Shown here: one piece after another, positions 59,950 through 64,000 of the stretch
Layout: every line of letters begins with the position of its first letter
Position numbering within the stretch: the stretch's first letter is position 1
Assembly: GCA_003971905.1 (NCBI GenBank)
Contig: RSEE01000006.1
Location: 1-64,000 of the forward strand
Length of the DNA: 64,000 nt
DNA from: Moniliella sp. 'wahieum'
Lineage: Eukaryota
Reading direction: 5' to 3'
Notes under the pieces: generated by a model
What the model saw: the letters and a program-made list of their open reading frames with translations, nothing else
Told to the model about the DNA's origin: nothing
Databases searched by the model: none
Made by a program: the position numbers and the translations under genes

Positions 59950-61850
59950 TTGAACGGTGAAAGATGGTCGTTAGAGGAACCCCAGGCGGCGTAGAGAGTT
60001 GGTGACTCCTAAGTATCAGCCAGTCACACGACTTCCCCGTCGAACAATCGTTCTTTGTCACCCGGACGCCGAACTGTCCTGCCGAGCCCAATCCGCACAG
60101 ACGGCAGGCCGTAGGCCCCGTGCTAGAGAAGTAAGTACGACTGAGGATGCTAGTATACGCGTTGGTCATTTCACGTTTTCACACACTGTACTAAATTAGT
60201 GTTGATGGTTGATGACGTTGACGGCAACTTCCACAACCGACCGGCAGGTTGTCATCGCCACATATGATGGCACTGTGATGCCGTTGCCGCCGTCGACCCT
60301 CATCCTAACCGTATGTTTGCGCATTGGAAGGATTTGGCTACTAAGACTCTCAATGGAAATGGTTCCTCGCTCGGATGTCAATCATGTTCATCCGTGTCCA
60401 CACGCGCTTCATCCTATGGTACGGGACCGGATGACGAGAACCAGAGGGTCATCCTGATATCCTGGCGATCCCCCGGGCTCCTTAACCTTGGTGCAAGTAA
60501 CCCCCGCAAGATGAACGGTTCGGTTTAGACGTAGCGTTTCCCCTGTCCTACGCTCTGTCAATGGTTCGGACGCAATCTAGAGATGCGCATACTAGTCTGA
60601 TATCAAACTAGCACCGCCCATGGCCCCATCTCACGTCTCGAGAGATTCGGGCTGATGGGTCCAGGATGCGCACCACCCTATGGCCTGGCTACTGATGACT
60701 GCCAGACAGAACTGACACCAAAACTAGTATATTCATCCTCATCGCACAATGCATGTCCATGTGGTTCTCGCATCAATCACAGTGTCACTGTCCGAAGAGT
60801 CGTCGCGCTGTTGCCCCCTCCTCCGACAGCGACCACGGTAGGTATCTTCTTCTTGGCGCGCTTGTCCCACAGGTACATGACACCGTTTGTTGCAATCCTC
60901 TGGGTCACACGTCTTTGCTCAGCGCATTGGTGCTCAGTGCGGGGGACTTCCAGCTGATCCTCAAGTCCATGTACTGCCGAGCTGGTCTGCTCTCTGGCGC
61001 TTCGCACTGAGAGAGCCAACACTTGCTATCACTCTTAGTTAGTCGGCTGCGCGCCGCACCCGTGCCTCCTTTTAATCTCCTGCTCCTCCATGGTTGCGTC
61101 CTGTCTCCTCACCACCGTCCCTCTCATTGTGCCCGCAGCAATTGGTATCCATCTCTGCAGCCAGCCCAGAGTACTCCTGTATTGCTTCTGTCGTACGCGT
61201 TCTCTTGCCCGTCAGCGCTCTGTTGCTGACCCCCTACACGGACCCCCCTCGCGGGCCATCTTGTCCTCGTTTCATCTGGTCCGCAGCGCCATCGTGTACG
61301 TGCCCGCTTCATCCCCATTCCTCGCTTCTGCTGACCCACGCTGACCTTGTGGGTCGCATGGGCGCATGCCCCGTTTGGCTCGCCTTCGATCCACCTTGTC
61401 CGTCTCTCACGTTGGCTGTCTCGCTTACATGGTTTGCCTCCCCTGTGGTCCTCTCGCTTGGCTGGTCTGCCTTGCCATCGTACGTCCCCTGTCCTTCGCG
61501 CTTGAAGTTGTCCTGCCACTCACACTCTGTTTGCCCAGCTGCTGCACGCACGGAATCCCACGGTTGTCGTCTCGCCTTTTGTTCGCCTCGACTCATCTGA
61601 CCTGTTCCGCCGTCGGACGACCTTTCTGTTATATATGCCGACACTGTTCCTGACCTTGTTCACCCCACCCGGGGGTACATTCCGACTTTATCCCGCTTGC
61701 CCTCACTAGTAGACTTGATCGCCTGTCCCGTAGTCTTCTATGTCTCTCGCTAACTCTGTGCTGCTGCTGATTTGGCCAGCTTTTCCCTATAGTGCGCGCT
61801 CTCAGTCTCACACTAATGTCACCTGCTGTGTAGCTCTCACTGCTCTACTA
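59950..61850 (-). pseudogene. Mosaic of decayed Hsp70 fragments
   Basis: From 61850 downward: lid-like TIGKS..RL..V.A..KSE..RNS and QTECEWQDN; YLWDKRAKKKIPTVVAVGGGGNSATTLRTVTL (10/32 ungapped vs [32 protein letters not shown]); GHALCDED (~GDTHLGGED); SACGHG*T*LTSERGTISIESL (~[21 protein letters not shown]); GNGITVPSYVAM (~[11 protein letters not shown]). Manual alignments. Confidence 0.5.
60311..60585. repeat. Dispersed diverged repeat of about 270 bp, copy 2 (partner at 11400-11675)
   Basis: See the copy at 11400. The TTTAGACGTAGCGTT..CCCCTGTCC..GCTCTGTCAATG block is nearly identical to 19961-20005. Confidence 0.8.
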
Positions 61851-62252
61851 CGTTACTGCTTCCGTCCTACGTCGCGCCTACCCGTGGTTGCCGTGTAGTC
61901 GCTTCCCAGCGATCTTCGAATGCATTCTATATATAAAATACCTACGCTGAGTTAACCTCATGTGGTGTGCACTCATTTTTGGGTGATGGTCGGCCTAAGC
62001 AAAGTATTAATTTTTGGTGCGAACGGTGCGTTGAGGGGATTAGATGAGTATTTGCGCGAGCACAGGCACGCGCCCAGTGGCTCTCGCTGTCTTATCGCCG
62101 CCCTTGGATGATGATTTGGTGGTTTGCGTGGATTATTATCATCGGCCGGGTGGCCCAACCACCGCCCGCTTCGCCATGCTCGTCTGCGTCCCGCACACAC
62201 CCCGCTCCCTTCTCTCTTCTGCCCACTCCCCACACCCCACTCCTCCTCCGCC

Positions 62253-64000
62253 ATGTCCCCCCGCCGCCTGTCCGCCGCCCGCGCTCGTCCAGCCCACACA
62301 CATCGCCCTCGCTCCGCCTCCTCTCCCCCCCCCCGCCGTGCCCACTCCCACGCCCGGCCACTCGACCTCGACACACAGGTGTCGCCCGACTGGGCACCAT
62401 TGCCGTCCCCCCGCCCACCCACCTCTCTCGCGGATCTCCCCCCGATGTGCTCGTCGACGTGATGGTGATGCTGGGGAAAGAGCTGCTGTGGCACGACCCA
62501 GCGCCCCCCTGTCTGCGATGGAAGGGTACGATGTACCGCGCGCGTACGATGGTGGATCGGCTGGAGCGATGTCCTGGCGAGCTCGATCGATTTCTCAGGT
62601 CAGTCCTAGCTGGGCTACCTGTGCGCAAGCTGCGCAGGCGCGGCTAGGACGCTTGGCAGGACACGACACGAAGCACGCTGCGTCGGCGCCGGCGCTCGGC
62701 TTCACGTTGCCTCGCTTCCGTTTCGAGCGATGCATTACTTTCATCCGCCATGCGCTCTATCCCGAGTGCCGATCCGGGCCAGTTGGACCGATTCTTCGGA
62801 CCTTTGGTCCTCCTCCGAGACGCACCGGGACCCTGGGACGCGATGGTCCTACAATGATGTGGCACCAACGCAGATGGTCTGATGCGCGGTGTGACCACAC
62901 CTGGATCTGTCTGGCGTGATAGGAGCCAGTGACGGGCTCTTTCTTCACTTGGTGAAAGCGACGGTACCTGTGCCGTCATCCTGTCCTCTCTGTCGATCCG
63001 GGGCAGCTGCTGACCGAACTGGACATCTCCTTCTGCATGGTGGTAACATCAGCGGCCCTTCAATTGGGGTTTGGGGCGATGCCTTCGCTCAAGGTGGTGC
63101 GAGCGGTGAACGTTCCCGGTCTGTCGTTGCATGCTCTCTTGACACTTGCCCGTACGGCCAGAGGAATCGAGTACTTGGACGTCTCGGGCCAGAGCGTGGA
63201 CGTGGTAGGTGGGGGGCTGAGTGCATGGGAGATGGAGCAAGCGGATCTGCGGAGACATCTTGCTCTTATTGCGCAGGACCCAGCTCGGTTTCGTTCGCAC
63301 ATTTCCACGTCCCTCTCACCGCGGCCACCAATGTACAACGGGGCATACGCTCCGCACATCGCAACGGAGGAGGATGTGGCCGATTCGGATTTTGCCCTGG
63401 ATGCTCTGGGGATTGTACAAGCCATCGCGTTGCTTCCCAATCTGCGGACCCTAAAGGCGGCCACTCGTCGCGGCTTCACGCCCATGCGATGAAGCGATTG
63501 TGCTGCGCCGCACCTACGCTCGAGGCACTAGACCTCAACCACACGGATCTCACGAACGAAGGGTTACGGGAGCTAGTCGCAGACCAGGAAGGCTTGGGCC
63601 CGGAAGGGCAACTGGACCGTTTCACCACCTACCCCACCGCACTCTTTCTCCCCCTCCCACTTGGACCAATTAAAGGTGCAGGGCGTCTGGCCGATTCCTC
63701 TCCCGTACACGGGCAAACGATTGACGTCTCTCCGTCGTCTTGGTCTGGCCAATTGTCTCTACCTGACCGATTCCGGCTTGGCCCAGTTGGCGGGGAGTGT
63801 GCCGCTGCTGACTGTGCTCGATCTGAGTTACACGGGGGTACCAGGCACGCTACACCCCTTCGACGGCGCAATGGTGGAGACCACGTCTATTCACCCCTCA
63901 AGTCAGCTGGGCTCAAACGGCTGTTCAAGACGCTTCCCTTGCTCGAACGACTCAGTCTCGACGGTAACGATGCGATGGAAGATGGTGTATTGGATCAGCT
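62253..64000 (+). CDS. F-box/leucine-rich repeat (RNI-like) protein, 3' end outside the window
   Basis: F-box-like LSRISPDVLVDVMVML...SISQVSPSW, then LRRs LTELDISFC, MPSLKVVRA, IEYLDVSG, LPNLRTLKA, LEALDLNHTDLTNEGL, LTVLDLSYT and LPLLERLSLDGN. Confidence 0.75.

Overview
Eukaryotic, GC-rich fungal sequence, most likely a basidiomycete (short GT..AG introns with CTRAC branch sites, compact head-to-head gene pairs). I can support about 19 protein-coding genes: a C2H2 zinc-finger factor (5' truncated), an SH3/Bbc1-like protein, an intronless divergent Hsp70, a CRAL-TRIO/Pdr16-like protein, an Stm1-like protein, an Srs2-like UvrD helicase, a TPT-family transporter, IST1, SPC19, a SWI3/RSC8 (SMARCC) subunit, a large coiled-coil T5orf172/GIY-YIG protein, LSB6 (PI4K type II), LRO1, SMC2, CYC3, TMA20, TAF11, CDC9 and an F-box/LRR protein (3' truncated). 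Nearly every gene, including essential ones, carries single-base frameshifts, so the assembly is probably unpolished and gene ends are approximate. The most unusual signal lies in three lower-GC islands (about 2.2-3.1 kb, 9.4-20.7 kb and 59.9-61.9 kb). By eye they read as heavily decayed, partly colinear Hsp70 relics on the minus strand. The central island also holds a near-intact intronless Hsp70, a Helitron Rep fragment, a CRE/Cnl1-like retroelement fragment, a 128-bp inverted repeat and a hairpin. This suggests repeated mobilisation and decay of an Hsp70 cassette. The relic alignments are manual and need HMM confirmation. No rRNA, tRNA or CRISPR array was seen.
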